From the IMG/VR virus record IMGVR_UViG_3300032007_000008: a DNA stretch of 64,000 nucleotides; one strand, written 5' to 3'. The translations under genes and the position numbers were made by a program. The notes beneath the pieces were generated by a model. The model ran no database searches, had not been told where the DNA came from, and saw only the letters and a list, made by a program, of their open reading frames with translations. The stretch comes from a virus. Its lineage: Duplodnaviria > Heunggongvirae > Uroviricota > Caudoviricetes. This document shows, piece after piece, positions 51,480 through 60,884 of the stretch (position 1 is its first letter; every line of letters starts with the position of its first letter).

Positions 51480-51866
51480 TCAATCGCTTCCTTCGTCCTT
51501 TTTGGCCAATCTATCTTCTATGTAAGCCGCTTCAGTTACTATGTCCTCATTTATTTTCAGATTATCCAGAGTAACCATCATGGATGGATTTGGAGACCAC
51601 TTTCCACAATGCCAAAGTTCGTTTACACGAATCCCAAGCTCAAGACATCCCATGGACGGAGACACCACACCATAGTTTGCCACATTTCCAAGTTCCGAAA
51701 AATGTCTGCAAGTCTTGCATACCTCAAGAAGCTGAGGCGTGTTAAGAGCAATGTTTCTGCGGCATCTGTCGAGCTTGTCCTCAAACTTGTCCCCAAGATG
51801 CTTCCTCAGATAAGAAAGCTCGTCCTTGCGCATTGCTGCCTTTGTTTCCCAATCGCTGTAGTTCAT
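51480..51866 (-). CDS. Hypothetical Cys-containing protein (128 aa)
   Basis: An ORF in the array. Confidence 0.45.
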   Translation of the reverse strand: MNYSDWETKAAMRKDELSYLRKHLGDKFEDKLDRCRRNIALNTPQLLEVCKTCRHFSELGNVANYGVVSPSMGCLELGIRVNELWHCGKWSPNPSMMVTLDNLKINEDIVTEAAYIEDRLAKKDEGSD

Positions 51867-51878
51867 GTTAAACCTCCG

Positions 51879-52172
51879 CTATGATGATATTGGAGAATAC
51901 AGCCATTGCGCGAACATGCTGCACATACGCATGCACTTTCCCTCATTCGTATACGCGACGGAATCGGGATGCGGTATCGCATCCTCTTTCAGCCACGCAT
52001 CATATGCCGTGTCCCAATCCTCAAACCGCTCACAATTAAGCTTTTTTTCGGACAACGCCAAATGGCATATTCCGGCAATGTCTATTGAGTTTATGCCGCC
52101 CTCGCCATCTTTGGAGGCAATTTCAAATATTCTCGAAAGGGCGCGTTCCATGGCCTTATGTCTGCTTGTCAT
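51879..52172 (-). CDS. Hypothetical protein (97 aa)
   Basis: An ORF in the array. Confidence 0.45.
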   Translation of the reverse strand: MTSRHKAMERALSRIFEIASKDGEGGINSIDIAGICHLALSEKKLNCERFEDWDTAYDAWLKEDAIPHPDSVAYTNEGKCMRMCSMFAQWLYSPISS

Positions 52173-52983
52173 CGTCTTTTACCGTAGGTGATTTTGACTG
52201 TGCATTCTTCCATTCAATGAATTTGGAGTAATCCCATCTTTCATGAAACACGTTTTCCTTGAACTTTTCCATGAACATCCTGCACCAAAGGTCGTTCAAT
52301 GCCATTTTGCTGAGAGCTGACGATATGAGATTCTCCATCTTAGTCACGTATTCGGCAACGTTTGCCCTCGTAAAGAACTCCATTGGCTTAAGATTTACCC
52401 GTTCCAGTATTTTCATTCCGCGATGATACATGCCTTCTGCGGCGTTTAGGTCGTGGGAATACGACGAGAAGCACAGCAGAGGGTAACGATTTTCCTCGTC
52501 AACGGTCGCTTTTATGTAATCGTCATACTCTTCAACCATTTTCCATTCGGCATCTGCATTCGCTCGGCATATTTTATACGCCCTTTCGAACGTTTTCTTC
52601 CAATAAGATATGATTACGGGAATCCTCTGCTTGAAACCATATGCCGTGGATATCTCACCGCTCCACGAGGCGGAATCCGTTATCGCATCCACTATGACAG
52701 CGTAGTAGTATTTCGCAAGCTCGTCGATTTCGTCTTTATACGCCTTTAGCTTTGCGTCAAGATTTGGAAAGCTGAAGTATCTGTCCCTTGCATAGCTATT
52801 CGTATGCTCAAATCCGAACGTTTCCATCACCGCGTCATGGTATCCCTTTCTCTTCGAGTCTTTTGCGGCAGGATTTTCGCCTTCCGAATAGCCCTCGGAC
52901 TCGTTCATGAGAAAAGACAGGTAGTTCATAAGGGATTCTTTTGCAAAATCGTATGATGGTATGGTATTGACTTTATCGCTCAT
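52156..52983 (-). CDS. Hypothetical protein (275 aa)
   Basis: The ORF is clean. Confidence 0.5.
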   Translation of the reverse strand: MSDKVNTIPSYDFAKESLMNYLSFLMNESEGYSEGENPAAKDSKRKGYHDAVMETFGFEHTNSYARDRYFSFPNLDAKLKAYKDEIDELAKYYYAVIVDAITDSASWSGEISTAYGFKQRIPVIISYWKKTFERAYKICRANADAEWKMVEEYDDYIKATVDEENRYPLLCFSSYSHDLNAAEGMYHRGMKILERVNLKPMEFFTRANVAEYVTKMENLISSALSKMALNDLWCRMFMEKFKENVFHERWDYSKFIEWKNAQSKSPTVKDDDKQT

Positions 52984-53027
52984 TCTAAAATCCTATAAAT
53001 TCGATAGACAAAAATGATTATAGCACA

Positions 53028-53303
53028 TCATTCCGATTTTAGCAAGCCATTTTCTTTCAAAAGATATTCATATGCACGATTTACGCATGTTCTCATGGAG
53101 TCTGACGGGTTTTCGCATGTTCTCTCAGCCGAAAACCAGTGTTTGCACCCATAGCACAATCCTCTGTCCCACAGCAAATCATCCATGACGCAACGAAAAT
53201 CCTCGTCATTGTGCAGGCTAAACGTCTCATCATCAAGAAGCTCTGGCGAATACCGTCTGATATCCTCCATGAGAAGTGGTATTAGTTGTTTTTTAGTTGC
53301 CAT
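53028..53303 (-). CDS. Hypothetical Cys-containing protein (91 aa)
   Basis: An ORF in the array. Confidence 0.45.
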   Translation of the reverse strand: MATKKQLIPLLMEDIRRYSPELLDDETFSLHNDEDFRCVMDDLLWDRGLCYGCKHWFSAERTCENPSDSMRTCVNRAYEYLLKENGLLKSE

Positions 53304-53321
53304 ATCATACTACAATTCTAT

Positions 53322-53744
53322 CTACTTAGATTCGATTTGAATAATGTTAGAACTTTTCGACAGCCATTTCTCCTCCTGCTGCCGCTCCCACTCATCAAAT
53401 GGAATCGCAACAAGGGTGGCACCCTCATATACAAGCTTAAACTTTCTGCCCTCTACGGTAGAGAGTATGTCGCCCTTACGTACTCTTCGGCAATGAACGC
53501 CACGGGCGGATTCGACATCATCCGTAGTCTGAAACTGGCACCAATTTCCGCAATAAATTCTGCGGGACAGGTCGCATCCACGGCATTCGGAACGTTCTTT
53601 TGCCATAGTTCTTACGAACCAGCATACACGACCGTTTGTATATTCATTCATTACCCTTACGCCACTGCAATCTCCTATCACTTTAGTGATATGCTTCGGC
53701 CTTCTGAGGCTGTCAACCCACGACTTCATCTCTATTGCTCCCAT
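53322..53744 (-). CDS. Hypothetical Cys-rich protein (140 aa)
   Basis: An ORF in the array. Confidence 0.45.
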   Translation of the reverse strand: MGAIEMKSWVDSLRRPKHITKVIGDCSGVRVMNEYTNGRVCWFVRTMAKERSECRGCDLSRRIYCGNWCQFQTTDDVESARGVHCRRVRKGDILSTVEGRKFKLVYEGATLVAIPFDEWERQQEEKWLSKSSNIIQIESK

Positions 53745-54015
53745 TCCCCTTATTATGTTCGTCGATTTTCCTAAAGGCTTTCAGCCAATCTTTCCATGCA
53801 TTGCAAAGTATATGCGAACCCCTCTGCCAGTTGTCGCATACTGAACTAGATATATCATACCACAAGTTCATGAGAATTCTAGGCACATCGACAGCAAGCT
53901 CATACGCGAATGCCATAGGCCACAATACAGCAGTAATGATAATAAACGGCAGAAACACCAAAATCGCCCACCGTCTTGGGTTTTTGTTCTTGACGTTATG
54001 CAACAGTTTTTTCAT
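53713..54015 (-). CDS. Small membrane protein (100 aa)
   Basis: A hydrophobic segment, IITAVLWPMAFAY, is present. Confidence 0.45.
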   Translation of the reverse strand: MKKLLHNVKNKNPRRWAILVFLPFIIITAVLWPMAFAYELAVDVPRILMNLWYDISSSVCDNWQRGSHILCNAWKDWLKAFRKIDEHNKGNGSNRDEVVG

Positions 54016-54385
54016 CTTTGCTCTTTCCCTCGGCCATCTTCTTCGCCTCAGCTTCTTCCAGCATCTTTATTGAATCCCTCACAAGAGGCTTGAACATCCT
54101 GTCGGTCAGATACAAATTTGTACTGTCAACCATGTTATCGAGCCACAGACAGTCGAAACGGCTTATATGGTACAGTTCCGCTATCTTAAGATGCATTTCG
54201 TGTAGGTTTCCGTCTATGGACTTCCAGTATTCAGGAGACTGGGACACATCTCGCGGCATGTAATGCCAATCTACACCTATGGCATCCACAAGAGTTGCGA
54301 GCCTTATAGTAAGGTATTCCTCGACGAGCTGCTCTCTCGTAAAGTCCTTGTATCTGTCATCTTCGTATGACGCTGAACCCTTCAT
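53996..54385 (-). CDS. Hypothetical protein (129 aa)
   Basis: An ORF in the array. Confidence 0.45.
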   Translation of the reverse strand: MKGSASYEDDRYKDFTREQLVEEYLTIRLATLVDAIGVDWHYMPRDVSQSPEYWKSIDGNLHEMHLKIAELYHISRFDCLWLDNMVDSTNLYLTDRMFKPLVRDSIKMLEEAEAKKMAEGKSKDEKTVA

Positions 54386-54386
54386 G

Positions 54387-54719
54387 TTAGTCCCTCGAAC
54401 AATTTTTCCAATATTTCTTGTCGCATATGTAGTCCACGACGAGACGACCGTCGAACGGATTGTCGCGGCATCTTACAATTTCGACTATCTCTCCTCTATT
54501 GTCGTCTAGGAATTCTCTAAGAGAATCGAGCAGAGGAACGACCTCGCTCCCATAGCCGCAGTATCGAAGCGTGTGGAGCTTTCCTTCTTCGCGAGCCTTG
54601 CTCCTCTTCTTTTCAGAGATGTACCTGTCGAAAGAGGCTTTCCTGAAAAACGATATTCCGTCAACCTCCGCATACGGAGCGAATATTGACTTTATGAAAT
54701 CAATAATGATGTTTTTCAT
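54387..54719 (-). CDS. Hypothetical protein (start moved to an internal ATG with the RBS ggagac)
   Basis: The full ORF would overlap the upstream gene by 110 nt. Confidence 0.4.
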   Translation of the reverse strand: MKNIIIDFIKSIFAPYAEVDGISFFRKASFDRYISEKKRSKAREEGKLHTLRYCGYGSEVVPLLDSLREFLDDNRGEIVEIVRCRDNPFDGRLVVDYICDKKYWKNCSRD

Positions 54720-55206
54720 CGATATTGTCTCCATTGTCGTCATATCTTTCGAAACATTCAAGCTCGGATTTTTCAAACCATATCTTTTTATATCCATGCG
54801 GATATACAACTCCGATAAGAGTATAGCAACCGTCAGTCGTACAGGTGTTTACGGTCTCTATCTCAAGAAGAATCCTGTTAAGAAGTCCGTCGTATCCGAT
54901 GACCTCTCCGCGCTTGTGTCGATATCTCGGATTTGGATTAGACAGCTTTACCTTAGCAAACGTCTTACCGGCGCGTTCTCGCTTAATCCTTTCCATGCGC
55001 TGTTCGTCCGTCTCGTTACGAACGACAGGAATGTAGTTGCAAAGTACAATTTCACTTCCTGAACCATTTTCGAACTTTCTGAACCCTAGAAGCACGGATT
55101 CTTTACCTTTGGAGTCCCTTACCTTCAAAACCCCGTCTTCAGACTTAATAACGTCCTTCTTGTCCATATGCCATTCGTCGCGAAACAGTTCCTCGTCTGT
55201 CTTCAT
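54700..55206 (-). CDS. Hypothetical protein (168 aa)
   Basis: The ORF is clean. Confidence 0.5.
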   Translation of the reverse strand: MKTDEELFRDEWHMDKKDVIKSEDGVLKVRDSKGKESVLLGFRKFENGSGSEIVLCNYIPVVRNETDEQRMERIKRERAGKTFAKVKLSNPNPRYRHKRGEVIGYDGLLNRILLEIETVNTCTTDGCYTLIGVVYPHGYKKIWFEKSELECFERYDDNGDNIDEKHHY

Positions 55207-55454
55207 AGAGTAGCACCTCCGTCCATCGGACAGTATGCATCGTCGAAAAATGACATCAGAGACTTAGTGTTCTCCACGGCACCCCATTTATCCCTCGGAG
55301 GCGTGTGGCCGCGATAGACTTCCAGAGAGCCGTCGTTCATGAATATGCACAATCCCGCCTTGTTCATGTCTCGAAGAAGTCTATCTATCCTGCGGTGAAT
55401 GCTTTCCTCATCCTTTGTAATGTCCGTATTGATGTCAATCATAGCGTCCTCCAT
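55203..55454 (-). CDS. Hypothetical protein (83 aa)
   Basis: An ORF in the array. Confidence 0.45.
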   Translation of the reverse strand: MEDAMIDINTDITKDEESIHRRIDRLLRDMNKAGLCIFMNDGSLEVYRGHTPPRDKWGAVENTKSLMSFFDDAYCPMDGGATL

Positions 55455-55740
55455 CCTTCATGTCTTTTAGCTTTTGAAATTCGTTTGTGATTGTCGATGC
55501 ACATTTCGCAAGAGTCTGTTCGAACCTTTCCGCATACGGGTCGGTCGGAATCGGCAGGTTGTCCGTAATGTGCCTCGTTTCCGAAGGCTTGAGTCCATAC
55601 AGAGCTGCAAGCTCCCTGTGCAGCTCTACGCGCTCCTCGTCGTCACGCCCATGAATTACGGCGTAGACATACTCTACGGCCTTGTCATACAACGAACAGT
55701 GTCCGTTTACGGAATATGAGCCTTTCTTCCAATCTTCCAT
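55435..55740 (-). CDS. Hypothetical protein (101 aa)
   Basis: An ORF in the array. Confidence 0.45.
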   Translation of the reverse strand: MEDWKKGSYSVNGHCSLYDKAVEYVYAVIHGRDDEERVELHRELAALYGLKPSETRHITDNLPIPTDPYAERFEQTLAKCASTITNEFQKLKDMKDGGRYD

Positions 55741-55763
55741 TGTAGCTTCCTAGTGCATTCATT

Positions 55764-55964
55764 CTACTGCTTCTTCGTGCAGCTTACCGTATAATGGTCG
55801 AACAGCCATTGTGCGAACCGTTGGAATGACGTAGAATACGGCGGTTCGAGACCGGCACGGTTGCACATGTCGAGATATTCGTCTATGAGACTATTCTTCA
55901 GTTCCCTCTGCATAAACATTCGAACGGATGGGTCTTTATCGAAATCCTCAGGACGCCTCGGCAT
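55764..55964 (-). CDS. Hypothetical protein (66 aa)
   Basis: An ORF in the array. Confidence 0.4.
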   Translation of the reverse strand: MPRRPEDFDKDPSVRMFMQRELKNSLIDEYLDMCNRAGLEPPYSTSFQRFAQWLFDHYTVSCTKKQ

Positions 55965-56322
55965 TCTTCACCATCCTCTGCATTTCGGCAATCCACTCGT
56001 TCATAAGCTTGCAGTATTCGGCCTTGGCCTTGTCGAGAGACTCGAAAAACCCAACCCATGACCAATCGGAGGTTATAGTGTCGATGTAGCCTTTTAATGT
56101 CGTTTCCTTGTGAAACGGGTCGCATTCGTCTGACTCGACATATATTCCCTCCTTGTAAGCTACGGCTCGTACTATGTTCACCTCCTTGAAGACTACCTGG
56201 TTCTTCTTCGGTTCCCATGGTTTAAAGCGAAAAGCGCAAACCCACATTCTGTCCAGCACAGGTGCGTATAGCTCCTTGAGCGACATCTTCCTTTTTTTCG
56301 AAAATAATCCAAACAGACCCAT
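55948..56322 (-). CDS. Hypothetical protein (internal ATG with the RBS aggagg)
   Basis: The strong RBS aggagg lies 7 nt upstream of ATG 56322. Confidence 0.5.
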   Translation of the reverse strand: MGLFGLFSKKRKMSLKELYAPVLDRMWVCAFRFKPWEPKKNQVVFKEVNIVRAVAYKEGIYVESDECDPFHKETTLKGYIDTITSDWSWVGFFESLDKAKAEYCKLMNEWIAEMQRMVKNAEAS

Positions 56323-56332
56323 GTCAATCCTC

Positions 56333-56620
56333 CTATTTCTCGAACGTCTGAAGGCGAGAACGGTCAACGCCTCCGCACGTCACCATAAACTTATTGTTGA
56401 ACGAGCGGTGAAGCACCCTAACTTGAACAACCTCGAAATTTCTACGGCGAACGTCAGCCACCGCATTTGAAATGGCTTCGTCAATCTTGCTGTATGAATC
56501 GACCGTAATCGATTTTTCATATTGCGGATTGAGCTGGCAGAACGATGTCTTGAATACGACAAAAGCCATTATCACAATTATCGAAATTACCGTAACGCTA
56601 GTTATTATCGTCTCTTTCAT
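56333..56620 (-). CDS. Small membrane protein
   Basis: An N-terminal TM helix is present. Confidence 0.45.
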   Translation of the reverse strand: MKETIITSVTVISIIVIMAFVVFKTSFCQLNPQYEKSITVDSYSKIDEAISNAVADVRRRNFEVVQVRVLHRSFNNKFMVTCGGVDRSRLQTFEK

Positions 56621-56632
56621 GTCTTTTTGCCA

Positions 56633-56923
56633 CTATTCGTTCGTAAGCTTCACATTGCAAAGATGCGTATAGATTGCCCGTCCGTCCGGCAATACGACCT
56701 GAACGGAATCGGAATTGTCCCAATCCTTCCATGCGACAATTCTATGCTTTTCGAACTTCCCTCCATCTGCCATGATGTACGCGGTATTGAATCGCGTCTT
56801 CATGTCTATGAACTGCTTGTTTCCGTAAATGTTGTTCTTGAATACGCTCCAGCCAACCAAGGCCGAAAACAGAACAACAACCGCGACTATTGCTCCGCAT
56901 CCCATCTTCATTTCGTCATCCAT
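56633..56923 (-). CDS. Small membrane protein
   Basis: An N-terminal TM helix is present. Confidence 0.45.
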   Translation of the reverse strand: MDDEMKMGCGAIVAVVVLFSALVGWSVFKNNIYGNKQFIDMKTRFNTAYIMADGGKFEKHRIVAWKDWDNSDSVQVVLPDGRAIYTHLCNVKLTNE

Positions 56924-56944
56924 TTTTCTTATCCTTTCTGTTTG

Positions 56945-57262
56945 TCATGAAACCCACCAGTTACGAGGTGTGTTCTTTAATTCCACGTGGAAGCAGCTGT
57001 AGCGTCCATCGTGGGTAAACTTGATTATGTCGCTGAACCACGCCGTCCGCGTATATACTTCACCGTCTTCGGTCATAGGAGTATCAAACGGAATCATCTT
57101 GAAGCTGCTCTTCTCGCAGTCCTTTTCATTAATCTTGACTTCGACTATTATGCCCCAGGTCTCGCACTCGTTGTGGTATCCCGTCTTTATGCAGACAACA
57201 TCGCCAACGTCGTATACCACTACGGTCTTTTCAGTGACTATCTTCTTAGTGACCTTCTTCAT
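56945..57262 (-). CDS. Hypothetical protein (105 aa)
   Basis: An ORF in the array. Confidence 0.45.
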   Translation of the reverse strand: MKKVTKKIVTEKTVVVYDVGDVVCIKTGYHNECETWGIIVEVKINEKDCEKSSFKMIPFDTPMTEDGEVYTRTAWFSDIIKFTHDGRYSCFHVELKNTPRNWWVS

Positions 57263-57659
57263 TCAGACCTCCAACCATCGACGTGCTTACTTCTTTTCCG
57301 TCCTTCAACATCCAGAATATTGCGTTGAAAGCACCATCCATGCGATAAGTATCCTCGCATCCATCGCCAAGGAACTTCTTGTACTCGGAATATGCACGGT
57401 CGCAGTCATCGTACACGTCGCAATTCCGCGTACCGATACGGGCTGCATTGCCAATCTCGCGCCTAATTTCGTCGAGCCTGTCGGCCATCGAAAGAAGAAA
57501 CGCGCACATATGCTCCCAATCCTCGTAGGTCTTGGATAGCTGGTTGTTGTGGCAATAGTCCGCCTTTTGTCTGATTTCAGATATTGTATTCGTCAGGGTC
57601 TCCATGTCAATCTTTGCTTCCATTCTCTTCATCCTTCCATTCAATTTCATTATCGCCAA
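57246..57659 (-). CDS. Hypothetical protein (137 aa)
   Basis: An ORF in the array. Confidence 0.45.
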   Translation of the reverse strand: MAIMKLNGRMKRMEAKIDMETLTNTISEIRQKADYCHNNQLSKTYEDWEHMCAFLLSMADRLDEIRREIGNAARIGTRNCDVYDDCDRAYSEYKKFLGDGCEDTYRMDGAFNAIFWMLKDGKEVSTSMVGGLNEEGH

Positions 57660-58059
57660 GATAAGCTTTCATCGCGGAGTCCACGCGAGCCTTCTCCATT
57701 GGGTCGTCCGAATCCAGCCTGAGAACGAAATAGGACTTGCCCTTCAAAGGAGTTCCATCCGCATGAGAAATGACATATTTCCTGTATATGCCGATGCTTC
57801 CCGCTCCATACATCCTCTTGGAAACACGCTCAATCTTCTCAAGCTTCTCCTTGAGACGCTCTATTTCGTCGCACAGCAATTTCGCAGTGTCGAATTTCGA
57901 GCCTCTCCATGTGTCCTCCATCTGGAAGCTTCGTCCAATCTTGAGAATATCTTCCGTTGACAGACCCGTGTCAACACGATAGTCCTTATCGCTGAAATAG
58001 CTCATTTCGTGCATGTCCCCTTTGGATACTTTCCACCATCGAAACTGGTATGTGCGCAA
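57607..58059 (-). CDS. Hypothetical protein (start uncertain; an internal ATG near 58014 is possible)
   Basis: An ORF in the array. Confidence 0.4.
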   Translation of the reverse strand: MRTYQFRWWKVSKGDMHEMSYFSDKDYRVDTGLSTEDILKIGRSFQMEDTWRGSKFDTAKLLCDEIERLKEKLEKIERVSKRMYGAGSIGIYRKYVISHADGTPLKGKSYFVLRLDSDDPMEKARVDSAMKAYLGDNEIEWKDEENGSKD

Positions 58060-58358
58060 AATGCAATCGCTTCCTGTCCGTCTATGTATGCACTTCCGCT
58101 TGTCAGAGCAATTCCAAATGGCGCAACGCTGTCGTCAACCGAAAGAAACACGGGAATGTTTCCAAACAACTTATAAAGCTTGTTCACGCCTCTTGCGAAA
58201 TCCTTCAATCCTGTATATGTCGGAAGACCGCCATTTTCCGTCATTTTCCTCTGCATATCAAATTTTCCCATCTTCTCAGAATGGAAGGTCGTCGGAATAA
58301 CAGTCGCATTTCTGTTTCTTCCATCTCTGTATGAAATGGTTTGCCGTTGACACGGCAT
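58002..58358 (-). CDS. Hypothetical protein (start uncertain)
   Basis: An ORF in the array. Confidence 0.35.
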   Translation of the reverse strand: MPCQRQTISYRDGRNRNATVIPTTFHSEKMGKFDMQRKMTENGGLPTYTGLKDFARGVNKLYKLFGNIPVFLSVDDSVAPFGIALTSGSAYIDGQEAIAFCAHTSFDGGKYPKGTCTK

Positions 58359-58644
58359 TGCATGCCGTGGGCATGCCGTCTTCTCCTTCGGCGCATGCGT
58401 CCCTCATGTCGCAGTGCATGCAGCTCCCATCTACAACTTCTCCCATGGCTCCGGCGACAGCATCCGCAAAATCCGAAAATGCATCTTCAAGAAGCTTCGC
58501 ATAGGTGCGTCCGACATAAAACGGGTCTACAACGTCGCAGTCCGCTCCGCCGCTTCTGCAACGCTCGCTTAACCGCTGAGGGTCTTTCATTTCGGAAAGA
58601 ATTCCGAAGAGCCTCTCAGCACTCGCCGACAACTCTGCTTCCAT
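58276..58644 (-). CDS. Hypothetical Cys-rich protein (start at the internal ATG after the RBS aaaaggaga)
   Basis: The RBS spacing favours ATG 58644. Confidence 0.45.
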   Translation of the reverse strand: MEAELSASAERLFGILSEMKDPQRLSERCRSGGADCDVVDPFYVGRTYAKLLEDAFSDFADAVAGAMGEVVDGSCMHCDMRDACAEGEDGMPTACNAVSTANHFIQRWKKQKCDCYSDDLPF

Positions 58645-59032
58645 CGTCTTCATTCTCCTTTTCTGTTGAAATTTCAGTAGAACTAAAATCGCCAAGAACC
58701 TTTCGGCATCGTCCTATCAAAGTCTGACATAGCGAAAGGGAACTTCCAACGCTCTGTAGCCAACAATCAAGATTTTCCATGGAAGAACGAACGCTTTCGA
58801 ACAAAGAGCCAAGCTCGCTTACCTTTTCCGCGACATATCTCGATTCGTTCGAAAGGTTCTTTTCCCTTCGATAAGCCGCCTCGATTCGGTTTGCATCTTC
58901 CTCAAGTTCCTTTGCTATTGCATACATCCCCTCGTTCGGAGTACCTCCACCTTTTGAAATGGAATCCTGTATCGCACGAATGCCACTTGCCGTCTTTAGC
59001 TTTTCGTTTACTATGTCCATTATTAGTTCCAT
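58616..59032 (-). CDS. Hypothetical protein (138 aa)
   Basis: An ORF in the array. Confidence 0.45.
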   Translation of the reverse strand: MELIMDIVNEKLKTASGIRAIQDSISKGGGTPNEGMYAIAKELEEDANRIEAAYRREKNLSNESRYVAEKVSELGSLFESVRSSMENLDCWLQSVGSSLSLCQTLIGRCRKVLGDFSSTEISTEKENEDDGSRVVGEC

Positions 59033-59044
59033 TGTTATCGCTCC

Positions 59045-59287
59045 TTACAGTTCTGCGTTGCTTTCACACTCTATTATGACATCCATCGCATTTCTGCACA
59101 AATCGGCAAGAGTATCGACAGACCTGGCATGCGCAAGACGTATTCTCAAGAGAATACTTTCAAGATAGTCACAATCGACAGAAATAGTCTTCGAGACGGA
59201 CTCGCGCTTATGCTGTAGAATTACACCTTCCAATTCCGCAACAGCTTCATAAAAACTTTCATTGCAATCATGTTTGGCAGTTCCCAT
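59045..59287 (-). CDS. Hypothetical protein (80 aa), first gene of the minus-strand block
   Basis: The RBS ggagga lies 10 nt upstream, with the AT-rich promoter region beyond. Confidence 0.5.
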   Translation of the reverse strand: MGTAKHDCNESFYEAVAELEGVILQHKRESVSKTISVDCDYLESILLRIRLAHARSVDTLADLCRNAMDVIIECESNAEL

Positions 59288-59672
59288 TTATCGAATATCC
59301 TCCAATAGCCATCTATACAGACAACAATAGAAGTTGCATCCACCAGACATTTCCATTATGCAACTATTTTTCAAGCTACAATTTCTTGTAGCCGTTCGTT
59401 TTACTTTGACTGCTTCGTTGTTCTGTTTTGACTTCACGCCGAACATTATATCATAACGAATGATTTTTGGGAATATCAAATGTTGACATTTTAAATGTTG
59501 CCGTATTGATTCTTCATATTTCTATCTATAGCATATATTTTATATCTCAATTCACATATAATGCAAAATTTGATTATTTCTTTCTCGAATTTACTTTAAC
59601 ACTAAATAATATAAACAAGAAAGATGCAAATTGTGCAAAAATTCCGCATAATATGCGTTAGGTAAAATAGAT

Positions 59673-60266
59673 ATGATTATAGGTGGAAAACAGAATTTTG
59701 GCATTACGTCTTATTCAGGAAAACAAGGATTTGATGCTGTTTTATACAATACAGATAGTTCTAATCACTTTTCCCTTGATAGAACGTATGAAACTACGGA
59801 TTTAGTATCCAATAGATATGTGTTTGATTGTTATGCTTCAATGTTTTGCGATAATCAGCCAAACAACAATGTGACTGTTTCTTATGGAGGATATACGATT
59901 GCAGTTTCAAATTACAAAGCACTAAACTACTATTGCCAAATGTATGTTATACGTAACAAAAGTTACCATTTTAGAGGGAAAATAGATGATAATCTTGCGG
60001 TAAAAATTGATGATACTTTAATTTGTACAGGTGGTTCTACCTTTGCGGATGGTACATTTATTCCTTCAAAATCAGGATTGGTAGAACTGAAAATATATAC
60101 CTCAAACAATGCTGGTGGTTATGGAAACTGGGGGTCTGGTGATGTCTACTATAAAGATGACAATACTCTAAAAAACAGTAACTGTCTTAAATTGTCAATA
60201 AACGATGGAGATTTTAAAACTCTTACAGTGGATAATTTTCCTAGAACGTTTTTTCTTCATAAGTAA
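59673..60266 (+). CDS. Hypothetical protein (197 aa), Asn/Tyr/Gly-rich with low GC; possibly a secreted or carbohydrate-binding beta-rich protein
   Basis: The ORF is isolated on the plus strand. Its composition is markedly more AT-rich than its neighbours, and it is followed by a strong terminator. Confidence 0.5.
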   Translation: MIIGGKQNFGITSYSGKQGFDAVLYNTDSSNHFSLDRTYETTDLVSNRYVFDCYASMFCDNQPNNNVTVSYGGYTIAVSNYKALNYYCQMYVIRNKSYHFRGKIDDNLAVKIDDTLICTGGSTFADGTFIPSKSGLVELKIYTSNNAGGYGNWGSGDVYYKDDNTLKNSNCLKLSINDGDFKTLTVDNFPRTFFLHK

Positions 60267-60287
60267 AAATAAAATAAAATAAATCAA

Positions 60288-60320
60288 ATGCGCAGTGGTA
60301 TACACTGCGCATTTGTTTAT
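60288..60320. terminator. Bidirectional rho-independent terminator (12-bp perfect stem aaatgcgcagtg / cactgcgcattt)
   Basis: A/T runs lie on both sides, between convergent genes. Confidence 0.85.
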
Positions 60321-60353
60321 CTATAATTAAACAGACCGATTATAAAGTTAAAG

Positions 60354-60848
60354 TTAATCCCTGATGATGCATCTCATCAGCATCATTTCAAGGTCTTTAC
60401 GCTCAATTCCGATTACATCTACCAACGCTTTCTTTCCCTCTATGAACTGAGGATTGTCGGAGCTGAAATCCTGAGCTGCAAGAAACAAATCCATCAACCC
60501 ATTTTCCTCAATCCACGCTTTGACAACATTCCATTTGTCTATCTGCATAAGTTCAGAAATGCATCTCATTTTAGAATATTTGAAGATTTTTCTTGAAGGA
60601 TTTGGCATGTTTTTGACAAGTTCGTATACACGCTCAATCGTGTCGGTTTTGTCATTCCATCCCTTTGCCACTGCCGTATACCCGGTCTTGGATGGAGGAT
60701 TATCAATGATTTCCTTCCACCCCACCTTGATATACAGTTCCTTGGTTGGATTTAGGAACAGTATTCCATCTATATTCAGAGATACGGGCGCATACCTGAT
60801 GGTATTGTCCGTTTTTATCAATTTTCCATATTTGCTGTTAGTGTTCAT
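60354..60848 (-). CDS. Hypothetical protein (164 aa), downstream of the tail-fibre-like genes
   Basis: The ORF is clean. Confidence 0.5.
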   Translation of the reverse strand: MNTNSKYGKLIKTDNTIRYAPVSLNIDGILFLNPTKELYIKVGWKEIIDNPPSKTGYTAVAKGWNDKTDTIERVYELVKNMPNPSRKIFKYSKMRCISELMQIDKWNVVKAWIEENGLMDLFLAAQDFSSDNPQFIEGKKALVDVIGIERKDLEMMLMRCIIRD

Positions 60849-60884
60849 TTTGAGATTTTCCTTTTGTATTGCCTATAACTCTAT